Source: Macrostomum lignano
Lineage: Eukaryota
NCBI GenBank assembly: GCA_002269645.1
Contig: NIVC01001173.1
Location: 2,885-66,884 of the forward strand
Length of the DNA stretch: 64,000 nt
Direction of reading: 5' to 3'
Under the pieces are notes generated by a model that ran no database searches, had not been told where the DNA came from, and worked only from the letters and a program-made list of their open reading frames with translations. The position numbers were made by a program, and so were the translations under genes. The first letter of the stretch is position 1; each line of letters opens with the position of its first letter. This document shows, in pieces, positions 1-39,464 of this stretch.

Positions 1-27512
<27,512 letters not shown>

Positions 27513-29376
27513 TCTTTAAAATTTTTATTTGCTTAATAGCAACATTGAATTGAAAGATAAAATAACCATTTGCATGCTAATTAGGACCAGAAATTTGCAA
27601 AAAAAATAGTGACAAAATATTTGATTGAATTTTTTGTATAAATTAAGATTTTTCATTTCTATGTATATTTTATATACCAAAGCCAATTTAATAATGAACT
27701 CTTTATGCTTGAAATTTGATTACTTAAAATTTACTTTTATAATATAACTCAACTCAAGCTTGGCTTAAACAAACAATCTTGGCTCATTGACATTGTGATT
27801 CTACAAATAATATGCTCTACCTAAGTTGTTGGTCATTGAATTTTTGGTTGATTACCCACCCCTAAATCCAAACTTTTGGTATCTAGTCAATCTATTATAG
27901 ATGCGCAACTGCCAAGCATGAAAACATGCAATGAATAAGACAATCATAGTTACTTTTGCCATTTGTCCAAAATTGCATTTTTGGTTAAAAAGTAAGTTGC
28001 ATGGCTAATATAAATTAGGGGAAGGGTTGTGCAAATATATAATCCAACATAGCAATAACACAATCTAGCAAGGTGGCAATAAACAATCTGGCAAAAATCA
28101 AAATGGCAATAGTCAATCTAGCAACAAGGTATACTAAAAAGCTATTAAACTAGCTATTTGACATTTAAATAGGTTAGAAGGCTTTTATAATATATTATTT
28201 TTTTATTTATATTTTTAATAGTCTAGGCCTATATACAAGAGTTTGGCATTTAAAAATTTAGCAGGTTAAAAATCTGCAGCTTTTAACAGCTTTTCTTATA
28301 ATGATAACATTGCTTTGGAAAATGGGAAACTACATAAAAGATTAAATTGATACATTTTATATTTTTTATACAGGATACAATTTGCAAAATGCAAAATGCA
28401 TAATCAGATACAAAATTACCTAGCAGTTATTATCAATGTTGTAACTTAATAGGGATATCAACTGGGAAGCTCCAACAACTGTCATGTATGTAAAAAAATT
28501 CACAACACTATTACATTAAAATGTTTGATGTGACACCCCAATGTGATGTGACCACCACAGCTATTACTGGCTAGGCCTACTGGTATTGAGGGGGAGCTAC
28601 CAATCTTTTAGCATTGCTATTCCTCTCATAGGTTCCTTTCTTGCAGCCTTGTCCTACTGGCTCTCCTACCTACTTAGGGCCTATCTCCTTTCTAGCACCA
28701 TCTAATAACATATTGAGCCAAATTTCTTCCCTAGCTCCCCCAAGTGTGGCAGTCTTGGTGTGGTGTGGCAGTCTTGGTCCTATACCACTAAAAACAACAT
28801 GTAAAGTTTTTTTTGCATCTAAGATCTTTATAAAAATTTACTATACAAAATCTGTTGCTGGATTGTTTGTTGCCACTTTTGTTTGTTGCTGGATTGTTTG
28901 GATTGACTGTTGCCAGATTGTCTTGTTGCCAGATTGACTGGAAGCCAAACTTTTATATACCTAGGCCTAATCTTCAATACTGACAAGACAATAGTCAATA
29001 GACACCATGCCTCTATTATTGAAGGTAAGTATATAAAATCAATCTCTAGGCCTATCTACAACTATGAGAATCTTTTTACCCTAAAACCCCCTATACCTCA
29101 TTCCCCAGTATTTCACCTTAAGCTAAATATTGCAAGATTTTAAGCTAAATATCGCCTTAAGCTAACGATTATGATACTTTGGGTTGAAGCTACTTAGCTA
29201 CCAAAAAGCTTAATAATAAAAAACTATATTATTAATACTAAATAAGTATATAGGCCTATCAGTTCAGTTACATACTACGAGTAAACATACAAATATGACT
29301 TATTATTATTAGATACACAATTGGCTGCGAGAATATTTACAAAAGCAGTAAAAGAACAACTACTGACGACTGACAA

Positions 29377-29581
29377 TCTTCACTGATAGTGATACACGAA
29401 TTCCATCAGTGAGAAAGAAAACTCAGCATAATAAAACGACGATTTTATTAGTTACGTATCTGTTGCACAAAACATGACTATTGGCATTAAAAAATTTTTT
29501 TCACCCTATTTTTATCGCAAAATTTAATTGCTTGCACATGCTACTAGCGGTAGGAGTACAAAAGGCAAATATTTTGTTAAA
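29377..29581 (+). repeat. 205-bp direct repeat, copy 1
   Basis: Matches 34429-34633 with 3 substitutions. Confidence 0.95.
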
Positions 29582-29594
29582 TTGTTGTTTGTTA

Positions 29595-32500
29595 AGAAGT
29601 CATAGAAGCGTCATGTAAAAATCGTAGAAGCGTCATGTAAAAATCATAGAAGCGTCATGTAAACAATCATAGAAGCGTCATGTTAAAAGTCATAGAAGCG
29701 TCATGTAAAAAATCATAGAAGCGTCATGTAAACAATCGTAGAAGCGTCATTAAAAATCATAGAAGTGTCATGTAAACAATCATAGAAGCGTCATTTAAAA
29801 ATCATAGAAGCGTCATGTAAAAAATCATAGAAGCGTCATGTAAACAATCATAGAAGCGTCATATAAAAATCATAGAAGCGTTATTTAAAAAAATCATAGA
29901 AGCGTCATGTAAAAAGCATAGAAGCGTCATGTAAACAATCATAGAAGCGTCATGTAAACAATCATAGAAGCGTCATGTAAACAATCATAGAAGCGTCATG
30001 TAAACAATCATAGAAGCGTCATGTAAAAATCATAGAAGTGTCATGTAAACAATCGTAGAAGCGTCATGTAAAAAATCATAGAAGCGTCATGTAAACTGAT
30101 GGGTTTCGACCTTCGGGCTCCTTGTTAGGGAAGCCTTCGGGCCTCAGGCTCAGAAATAAATCAATTAGAGACCTGGCCCCCCACTCCTGTCAGATGGTCA
30201 GCCCCATGGTAGCTTGATCGTGTGGCGAGCAGTCTAGGTCCTATAGCTAAGAGAGGGACAGCGAGAGACGAGCAGGGAGAATTTTGAAAGTAGAAATTAG
30301 CTAATCCGCAGATCAACTAACTTGCTGCCACCAGCCCGTGCGCCCTGGCTCACCACACCGGGACTCTCGAAATCGGGCTTCCGACTAGAAGGGGCTTTGC
30401 ACTTACCTGCCAACTAGTGTCTTTTTGCTGTCAATCTCGAAGTCATAGCCGATGATAAGGGACACTGCTGGGACTAGATCGCATTGGCCATGCAGGTACA
30501 GAGGGGACTTGTGCAGGGGATCCTTGCGGTGGCGAGTCTATGGGGTAGCTACATGTACTATTACATTGCTAAATACGAAGATATGTACTTTTGGCCTTTA
30601 ACGCGCCAACTAGCCTCTCATAGCGCTGATGATAGACTAACTCGAACTTCAGAGACCGCATGATTCATTTACCCGAGCCGCTTGGCTACCCTAGTGCACA
30701 AAGTACATCTCTGGCGCCGATTCTGCAACTCTGGCAGTTTTGCTCATTGATTTGGTAGATTGGTCGACTGAGAACTGCCTTGCCATTGGTCCACTGTGAC
30801 CGGCGCCTACTAGCTTAGCTACTCATCTGAGCCATCGGCGAACAAAGAAATAAAACCGATAAAAATAACTGTTAGATTTAACCTTCTCCTCAGTTCACTT
30901 CACACTTCAGATCGAATTGGAGTCTTCGACTACTTGCAGTATTATTGAATGATTTCTGCCTCAGCAACAGCACTACTGAACAAAATGAGCAAAAGTGTGC
31001 GCCTAATTCAGCTACTGCAACAGGGGACAGATAAGGGATCACCCAATCAAGCAAGTCTAGGTAGCCTCTCACCCAACCAATCAGAAACTCAACAGCCGGA
31101 GACCAGGTAATCCACAGTGACCGAATCGGCTCGATGCTCTGCAGCTGTAGACTCGGGATGATGCTGTCACACTCTTCGCTGTTAGCTAGCAGGTGATGCT
31201 CTTAACTTGATGTTCGCTGCTGATGACCGGGGACTCGTCCTTGATGATGATGGGGGAAGTCGCAATCCGGGGATCAAGAAACGACGGTCGTGCTCCGGGA
31301 ACCAGAAGTTGCGCGCTGGGCCCGAGCCAAAGTTGAGTCCGAGCGGGCCAAAAACTCCGGTTTAAATAGCCGCCAACTGGACCGCAGTTTGTTATAATGG
31401 AACACGTCGATTCTGATTGGCTGAGCCGTTTTGTTAAAATGAGCGCCGAATTTTCTGATTGGCTAAGCTTGTTGCTACCCAGAATCACGTGACCGAGAGA
31501 TCCTATCAGTTCCCACAGGGTCGTAAAAAGATGACAGGTGCGGCCATAAATCACTCAAAATCGCAACAACATGATTTATGACCTTTCGCGTAGGATTGAC
31601 AGAAATTAATGAAAAAATATACCTTAGAAAGCTCTTATTAAATAGAAAGTGAAGATAATGAAGAGAAATCGCTAATCGCTAATCCCAAGGTACTTTTAGG
31701 GGTAAAACGCATAGCTGTCAAAGCTGTAACACGCTTGAGTGAACACGAACAATAGGCTCTGACCTCGTAAATCTTGATGGCCTGTCAAGATAATGAGAAA
31801 AAAGCTACCGCCCGCATCCTCTCAGACCATCTGGCGCCCGCTTCAACACTGAGTGAGGCGCAGGTGGCTGTCAGACCAACTTCGAAAGCGATGATTTATG
31901 ACCCAAAAAGCTGCGCCTATGTTATTATGACTACTAGTATGACCAGACATTATATCTAGTATAGTTTCTATGAAAATTCGCAGAAAAAGGATAAAAATGC
32001 CCATTGCCCACTGTTAGTAGGCAAGTAAGTTTAGAGCCCATGTGCTAGCGCGGGATTTGGGAAAAAGTGCGTCCTCATCAAAACAATCATAGAAGCGTCA
32101 TGTTAAAAATCATAGAAGCGTCATGTAAAAAATCATAGAAGCGTCATGTAAACAATCGTAGAAGCGTCATTAAAAATCATAGAAGTGTCATGTAAACAAT
32201 CATAGAAGCGTCATGTAAAAAATCATAGAAGCGTCATGTAAAAAATCATAGAAGCGTCATGTAAACAATCATAGAAGCGTCATATAAAAATCATAGAAGC
32301 GTTATTTAAAAAAAATCATAGAAGCGTCATGTAAACAATCATAGAAGCGTCATATAAAAATCATAGAAGCGTTATTTAAAAAAATCATAGAAGCGTCATG
32401 TAAAAAGCATAGAAGCGTCATGTAAACAATCATAGAAGCGTCATGTAAACAATCATAGAAGCGTCATGTAAACAATCATAGAAGCGTCATGTAAACAATC

Positions 32501-33200
32501 ATAGAATGGTCATGTAAAAAATCATAGAAGCGTCATGTTAAAAATCATAGAAGGGTCATGTAAAAAATCATAGAAGCGTCATGTAAACAATCATAGAAGC
32601 GTCATTAAAAATCATAGAAGTGTCATGTAAACAATCATAGAAGCGTCATGTAAAAAATCATAGAAGCGTCATGTAAAAAATCATAGAAGCGTCATGTAAA
32701 CAATCATAGAAGTGTCATATAAAAATCATAGAAGCGTCATTTAAAAAAATCATAGAAGCGTCATGTAAAAATCGTAGAAGCGTCATGTAAAAAGCATAGA
32801 AGCGTCATGTAGAAAGCATAGAAGCGTCATATAAAACTCATAGAAGCGTCATTTAAAAAAATCATAGAAGCGTCATGTAAACAATCATAGAAGCGTAATG
32901 TAAAAAATCATAGAAGCGTCATGTATAATCATAGAAGTGTCATGTAAAAAAGTCATAGAAGCGTCATGTAAACAATCATAGAAGTGTCATGTAAACAATC
33001 ATAGAAGCGTCATGAAAAAATCATAGAAGCGTCATGTAAACAATCATCGAAGCGTCATCTAAAAAGTCATAGAAGCGTCATGTAAAAAATCATAGAAGCG
33101 TCATGAAAAAATCATAGGAGTGTCATGAAAAAATCATAGAAGCGTCATGAAAAAATCATAGAAGCCTCATTAAAAACTAATGAAAGTGTCATTTAAAAAA
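29595..33200. repeat. 22-23 bp satellite (aatcatagaagcgtcatgtaaa[c]) split by the solo-LTR-like insert
   Basis: Tandem units at 29595-30096 and 32081-~33200. Confidence 0.95.
30097..32080. mobile_element. Solo-LTR-like insertion, 1984 bp, TGATG...CATCA termini, 4-bp TSD AAAC
   Basis: gtAAAC|TGATGGG...CTCATCA|AAACaatcat. Removing the insert and one TSD copy restores the satellite unit gtaaacaatcatagaagcgtcat. Two CCAAT boxes (attgg near 31416 and 31458) and a TATTTAAA (minus strand, ~31361-31368) lie inside. No gag/pol and no internal terminal direct repeat. Confidence 0.75.
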
Positions 33201-34077
33201 TTAAGAAGCATCATGGTAGAATAAAAGAAGCGTCATGTCAGACATGAAGGGTGTCATGTAAAAATTAAATGCAGCTATAATGCCGTGCTAGGGTGAAAAA
33301 CTGAGACGTCAAGGCTCACAGAGAATAACTGAGATTACGGGGGGGGGGGTGGTTCTGAGATGTCAAAGCAAAAGTCAGAAGCTACTTCAAAGTTCATGTA
33401 CTTTACTCAATTTTTTTATTACATTCTTTGTTGGCTCGCCACAGGGGGGGGGGCGCTGATAGAAGAAGAGTCATGTAAAAATAAAAGTAGCACTATGTAT
33501 ACATAAAAGAAAAGTCATGTCGAAGTTAAAAGATTCCTTTGGGAATTGCTACGATGTCAAAGCTTGGTGGAAATCGTTATAGTGCTGTTATTCTTAAAGA
33601 AGGAATCACTAAAATGTCAAGGCTTAGGGGAGAAGAATTGCTGAGATTTCAAGACTTTAGGTTGGGTTAAAGTTAGGTTTAGGTCAGGTTTGGGTTGAGG
33701 GTTATATTTTATCGGGTTTCAAGGTTAACGGGGGGGTTTTTAGATTTCAAGGTTTATGGAGGCCATCCCTGACATGTCAAGGCTTACGGGGGGAATAGCT
33801 GACATGTCAAGGCTCACGGGGGTATAAATGAGATTTCAAGGCTAAAGTCAGAAGCTACATGTAGTTTATTGAAAACTTTTTATTACATTATTTGATGCCT
33901 CCTCATTGGAGGGATCGCTGATAAAAAAAGCGTAATGTAAAAAATAAAAGAAGCTTCATGTCGAAGTGAAGAGATGCATTTGGGAATCCCTACGATGTCG
34001 AGGCTTGCAGGGAATCGCTATAATGCTGTAGTAGTGCAATAATGACTCTTAGAGAGAATTACTGAAATGTCAATGCT

Positions 34078-34203
34078 TTAGGGTTAGGTTAGGGTTAGGG
34101 TTAGGTTAGGGTTAGGGCTAGGGTTAGGGTTAGGGTTAGGGTTAGGCTAGGGTTAGGGTTAGGGTTAGGGTTAGGGTTAGGGTTAGGCTAGAGTTAGGGT
34201 TAG
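34078..34203 (+). repeat. Interstitial telomere-type repeat (TTAGGG)n, about 21 units with TTAGG/CTAGGG variants
   Basis: Directly visible. A more decayed counterpart lies at ~33657-33705. Confidence 0.95.
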
Positions 34204-34428
34204 AAGGTTGACAGATATTTTTAGATTTCCAAGGCTTATTGGGGGCATTGCTGAGATGTCAAGGGGGGAAGTTGATATGTTAAAGCTTGTGGGGTGGGGA
34301 ATTACTGACATTTCAAGGCTGACAAGTTTTGACAGGAGATTTTTTAAGATTTCAAGGATACCTGTAGCTTATTAAAAAAACGTGTATTGCATTTCTTTGG
34401 CTCCCCAACGGGGGGCGTAGATTGCTAG

Positions 34429-34633
34429 TCTTCACTGATAGTGATACACGAATTCCATCAGTGAGAAAGAAAACTCAGCATAATAAAACGACGATTTTAT
34501 TAGTTACGTATCTGTTGCACAAAGCATGACTATTGGCATTAAAATATTTTTTTCACCCTATTTTTATCGCAAAATTTCATTGCTTGCACATGCTACTAGC
34601 GGTAGGAGTACAAAAGGCAAATATTTTGTTAAA
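34429..34633 (+). repeat. 205-bp direct repeat, copy 2
   Basis: Matches 29377-29581 with 3 substitutions. Confidence 0.95.
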
Positions 34634-34957
34634 ATTTTTTATTAGAATTTTCAAAAAACTATTTTAACAGAATAGAGCACATTCTCTATTCTGAGTAGAA
34701 GAGTAGAAGCTGGATTTTTTAAGGTTGGAAATCCAGTTGCCAGTTTGGCCCTTGGGGGCTTAAAATGCATTTGCCAAATGCCAATGGCTATTTTCGGTTT
34801 CCCCATTGCAACTAGCCAAATTCTCGAGAATGGATATTTCCAAGGCTAATGTTTGAAAAGCAGAAATTTTTTCTCTCAATTCTAAGATTGCTATCTATGC
34901 TGCAAAACAATAACGATTCCATCATATCGATTCATATGGCACTTTTATTACACTTAC

Positions 34958-34996
34958 GAAATCATTTTTTGATATTGGCAACTGGCACAGAGATTC
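34958..34996 (-). other. Candidate upstream 39-nt Piezo micro-exon carrying an in-frame ATG
   Basis: ttctattcattgcag acceptor and gtaagt donor. ATG ATT TC (34965-34958) spliced to the AAG acceptor at 27514/27513 gives ATG ATT TCA ATG GTG, in frame with the 27512 ATG. A further 89-nt GT-AG intron (34997-35085) lies upstream. Confidence 0.45.
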
Positions 34997-37612
34997 CTGC
35001 AATGAATAGAAGTGCAATACATGTAAACTAATAGATTCTGTGTAGTGAGCCGTACTAGCTACTAGGATTACTGTTGGTGTCTCACTCTTATAGTCAGCAG
35101 TTTCCCTCGCCCTCGCTATCTCCCTTCCCTCGCCTGAGCCTCCGCCTGCCGCAGGGCGCAGCTCTCCCTTTTTGCTCCCTGTCCCCCCGTTCCCTCTGCG
35201 CTCTGTTTTGCAGGGCTGGGCAGCTTGCCTCAGCCTGCTCTTGGTTTGCTCTGTGTAGCAGTTCAATAGTGGCTTCACTGGTGGGCCGCTTTCCCCTTGT
35301 CATGTGAGCCAGTCACACATGAATTCCTCAGTGCCCAATTGGTCCGTGTTTATGCATGGCGGAAATCACGCGCTCCTGGACCTCTGCCTTCTCTAAGGCA
35401 AAAAACCCTTCAGGTCAAGCGGCTGCAGGACCTCTCGGACGGCGTGGCGCACTTGAAACCACCAGCTGGATGTCCCGCCGCTTGGTGGTAGCGTCGCGCC
35501 ATTCAGGAAGTCGGCGACGTCACGGTGTCGCACGGGGGCGGCGAATGTTAAAGCAATTTGAAGCAAAAAAGAAGGCGGAAGCGCATTTCAAAAAGATTTT
35601 AGAGGAAAAGGATATCTGGGGATAAAAACGAGAGAGTAGAAGTAAAAGAAAAGCGAAAACGAAAGGATAGGATAGAAAAGTGAGTCGAAATAATTAAAAA
35701 GGTAAAGGAGGATGAAATAAATGATAAATAGATACATAAAATGTAAAATGTATGATGTAGACGGGTGAAAACAGGAGCAAAAGTCAAAGGGGAAGCAAAG
35801 AGCAACGAGAGAGAAGGGCGCGTGGATACCGCGGGCGACCAGGCGAAGGCACAGGGAAGTCGACCGCGTCAGTTAAGTTTTGCATCTGACGTCGGTATTC
35901 TACGTTCTTCCTACCACCCAAAGGCCCACTGTACATGGCTATATACATGTACAGTACTCCTTGATACTGCCATGCCTCCGCTTTCAATATTTTAGATTTC
36001 TTAGATGCGCAGATTCTTGCTGTACTGCAGCGCAAGGCCTACGCGTGGACCAGGTCGTGTGAACACGATGCACTGGCCCGACTCATCAAAAACCGGATTA
36101 ATTACTTAGTAGACCAATGGCCTACGTTAGAGGAATTAATCTCTAAAGAACAGAAACTACACTTTGATCTTAGCCAATAAGGCCGAGAAGCGATAAAGTA
36201 AATGAGATTTAAACACTTTTTTATAAAGTAACTAAGCGACATGCATATCAAAAGCCTTCGTTTTCATAGTGTCGACCGTCTCGCATCAAAAGACATCAAA
36301 TGGTACTAAAAATGAAAAGATCGAAGGAAACAAGCCAATTGCTTTTAGAAAAGCTTCTTGCTTTTTCTGTTAAAATAAATCATTGTATAAACTTTTTTCA
36401 ATTCGAAACAATCCAGTTAAAAAAGAACACAATGTGACCGATTTAAATGCGCAAATAACTCTACTTTAAGTAGAATGACGCAGCTCGAACACTTGTAAGT
36501 GGTGATAGACAATTTTCAACAAGAGGGAGGAAAACTGAGTAATCGAGATCTGGAACCTAGATGAATGGCCTTCTATAGAGAGCCTTTTTGTCAGAAGCAA
36601 GGAAGTATAGTTTTTAATAGGATAATTAAGTAAGAAGTAAAACAGAGAGGTAAGAAGTAAGATTAACTTGGAAACTTATAGTGTCAGTTTTTATTGTCCC
36701 GCATAGAGATAGGTTTTGTCTCGCATAGAGGCGCCTAACCGCAGTCACTCCTGTGAAACTTGTCTCTGCCTGGCTGAAAGCTTGTAATGAGTGAGTAGGC
36801 TGGGTTGGAGGGTAATAGTGGATCGGGAAGGGCTGTGGGTAGCTGTATAGGAAGGCAGGCCTATACCTGTACCAAGGTGCTCTGACGGTATCCCTCAGGC
36901 GCCCTCTGAGCGTACAGCCAGCGACCCTATTAAAGCTGGAGTGTGCCAGAACCAGGACTGAGTCTGAGCAGGACGAGACCGTTGGCACGGTCACAATAGA
37001 AATGGCGGGTTGGCGAAGCAAAGGGTGAAACAGTCCGGCGATTAGCCCTCCTGCCGCTTCAAAGATAAGAGACTGTCTGTTGGCAAGAGTACCCGGGGTT
37101 TAGTTGGGGGGGAGGCTCCTTCGGGTTGCCACGGCCGTGGGGAGCGGTCAAATGACCGGCATTGGCTTAACTAACCCAGGAGTAGGCACGGGCTTCCCTG
37201 AATGGTTCACTCAACCCCCTCTGGCCCTGGGGAGGTTTTTGATTTGTACCCGGGGTGGTGGGCGGTCGGCCCCAGCATGGTTGCCACGGCTCTAGGCCTT
37301 CGGGCCATCTCTAATAGGCTTTGGGGGCCTTCTAACCTGGTTTTTTGGGCACGGGCTTCCTGACTGGTTCGTCGAACCGCTGTCACTGTCCCCCGGGGAG
37401 GTTTGGTTTTTCTGATACTGCCCTGTACAGTCCTCTATAGTCTAATTTGGCTTTTAGTGTACATGAGTACACTCCCAATCTAGAATCTAAATTATCTCTA
37501 GTGGCGTAAGAGCCTTTTTACTTAGGCTGAGGCGCCGGAAGTACTTATCATAGTCATAGTGTCAGTTTTTATTGTCCTCCATCTGCCGGGTGGAGGAGTC
37601 CGGTATTCCATC

Positions 37613-38047
37613 TCATTCAAGCTGATTTAACTCTTGCATCACGTCCTCCGGAATGTCGAGAATCTCTTCTGATTCTATCTTGCGCGCAAATTCTTCGCTC
37701 AGTTCCTCCAAATACCGGCTGTTCGACTCGGATGATACCCACGCCAGCTCTTCGGTCGACATACCGGAAACCATTTCTCCCGGCAGATTGGAATAATTAA
37801 TTAAATGATTGATCATTTTCAGAACTCAAGCACAGCTTAGTCCTGACAGATTTGAAAAATATACATTTAGCATTTTTCTAGCTCCTTCAGTTTTACTGTC
37901 CATCTCTAGACCTGGACCATCAAAACTTCGTCTATGGCCCAGAGCTCGCAAATCAAAAGAAAGAATGGCCATAGACATTTCAACTGCATTCTATGTAATA
38001 ACACAGAGCCCGGAATTTTCGACATTGATGTCTGGAAATCTCTTGCA
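37613..38047 (-). pseudogene. Decayed reading frame of unknown origin, 145 codons with two internal stops
   Basis: One frame from 38047 to the stop at 37613, interrupted only by TAG (37993-37991) and TGA (37828-37826). Ends in an acidic tail EEILDIPEDVMQELNQLE followed by AATAAA. No family recognised. Confidence 0.4.
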
Positions 38048-38067
38048 TTAATGATAATAATATAAAC

Positions 38068-38138
38068 ATTACTTTTTGCGGGGCATCAATGTAGAATTTT
38101 GTGAGGGCAATTCTACATTGATGCCCGCAAAAAGTAAT
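38068..38138. other. Near-perfect 30-bp inverted repeat with 10-nt loop
   Basis: attactttttgcggggcatcaatgtagaatt [ttgtgagggc] aattctacattgatgcccgcaaaaagtaat; a single extra G in the left arm. Confidence 0.9.
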
Positions 38139-39464
38139 ATTAATGTTATATTAGCAAAATGAGTCAATCTAGATCAACAATGAAATCGCTTGATTAAGTT
38201 ATGTTAACTGCATGATGACGGCCGGCCCAGACGCCAAGGCATGCATATTTGTTTCAAGTCTGATCCATTTTAAAGATGAATAAATTCTCCACAACTCACT
38301 TGAACTTTCAAACTTTGAACTTTCAAGTGAGTTGGTTTAGGTCTTACCAGTGGAAACTAGATTAAGAAATTCCAATAGCTACCAAACTTCTCAACTTGGA
38401 ACTCGAAAAATAGTTCTGAGAAGATTTCAGACTCCAGTCTCGATGTATTAAATTAGCTAGTATTATAGCTAGTATTATAGCTATCTAAAAACCAGCTTTA
38501 TTACTTATTTTTTATGGTAAGATGATTTTAACTGGAAATTTTCATAATTTCTACTTATTAGTAAACAGTCACGACTGCTGCGTTGAATATAATAACAAAA
38601 TGTTGGTCTGAAAAATAGGAGATTTTCAATTAAACCGAGCGCAATATTAACGGATTGTGGCGGCGCGCGCGACACAACTCTGTACACCCGGACTGGCAAG
38701 CAGGTTTATTAAGATCAGAATAAAATATGTCAATATACTATATTGAATAAGGAACAATAACAGGCAATATGATTTGTCAAAACTTTAACGCATGCAATAG
38801 GAGCCGAGCAATCACACTGCTCGCATTAGTATTATTGTTATGTGTACTAATACATTAACTGACATGTACACAGTGAGCCAAAGCTGACATAAACATTCCA
38901 AGTCAGCCTATGGAACAAAGCAGTTGAAAGCATATAGAATGATTAATAAAACGGACATCCAGATAATAACTGCATATAATCAATCTATAATAACGGTAGT
39001 GCTAATCAAGAATACATTATATTAGGCCATTGCAGGAAAGCGTGAATTGAATATTATTTGTTCGCTTGTATAAACTAGGAAAGAGAAGTATTGGCCATTA
39101 CTAGACAGCTTACTGTTAGTAGAGTGAAGCGAATTTCGCTATTTTAAAATAAGCATTATTCAATTCAACAGATTGGGGAATGCCCTGTGACAGAGAAAAT
39201 ATTCAGGTTAAAGTTGATTCTGATGCGGATAGGAGCGCGCCTCACCCAACAGAGCAAGCAGCATTGGGATTGGTCACAGCAGGGTGTTGAATTAGCAATG
39301 AGTTCGACACGTTTGCAAATGGTGGCTTTTCGGGACCGTTAGTGGGTTGCTAAGGCAAAAATCATCGATTGGTTGTTATGGCAATCTGCAGGTTCACAAG
39401 TAAACAGCCTGTTGCTAATGAAAATTGGTTGGTTGCTGAAAATTGGGCTTTCGGGTTAACTGGT

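Noticed and set aside
30890-31554. ORFs inside the solo-LTR-like insert
   Set aside because: No recognisable gag, pol or transposase motif, and the longest stop-free stretch has no ATG; treated as chance.
34078-34203. TTAGGG tract as a chromosome end-to-end fusion site
   Set aside because: No head-to-head CCCTAA tract; it is short, impure and embedded in a repeated unit that continues on both sides.
29377-34633. 205-bp repeats as LTRs of a TRIM/LARD element
   Set aside because: No TG..CA termini, no 4-6 bp outer TSD, and no PBS or PPT seen.
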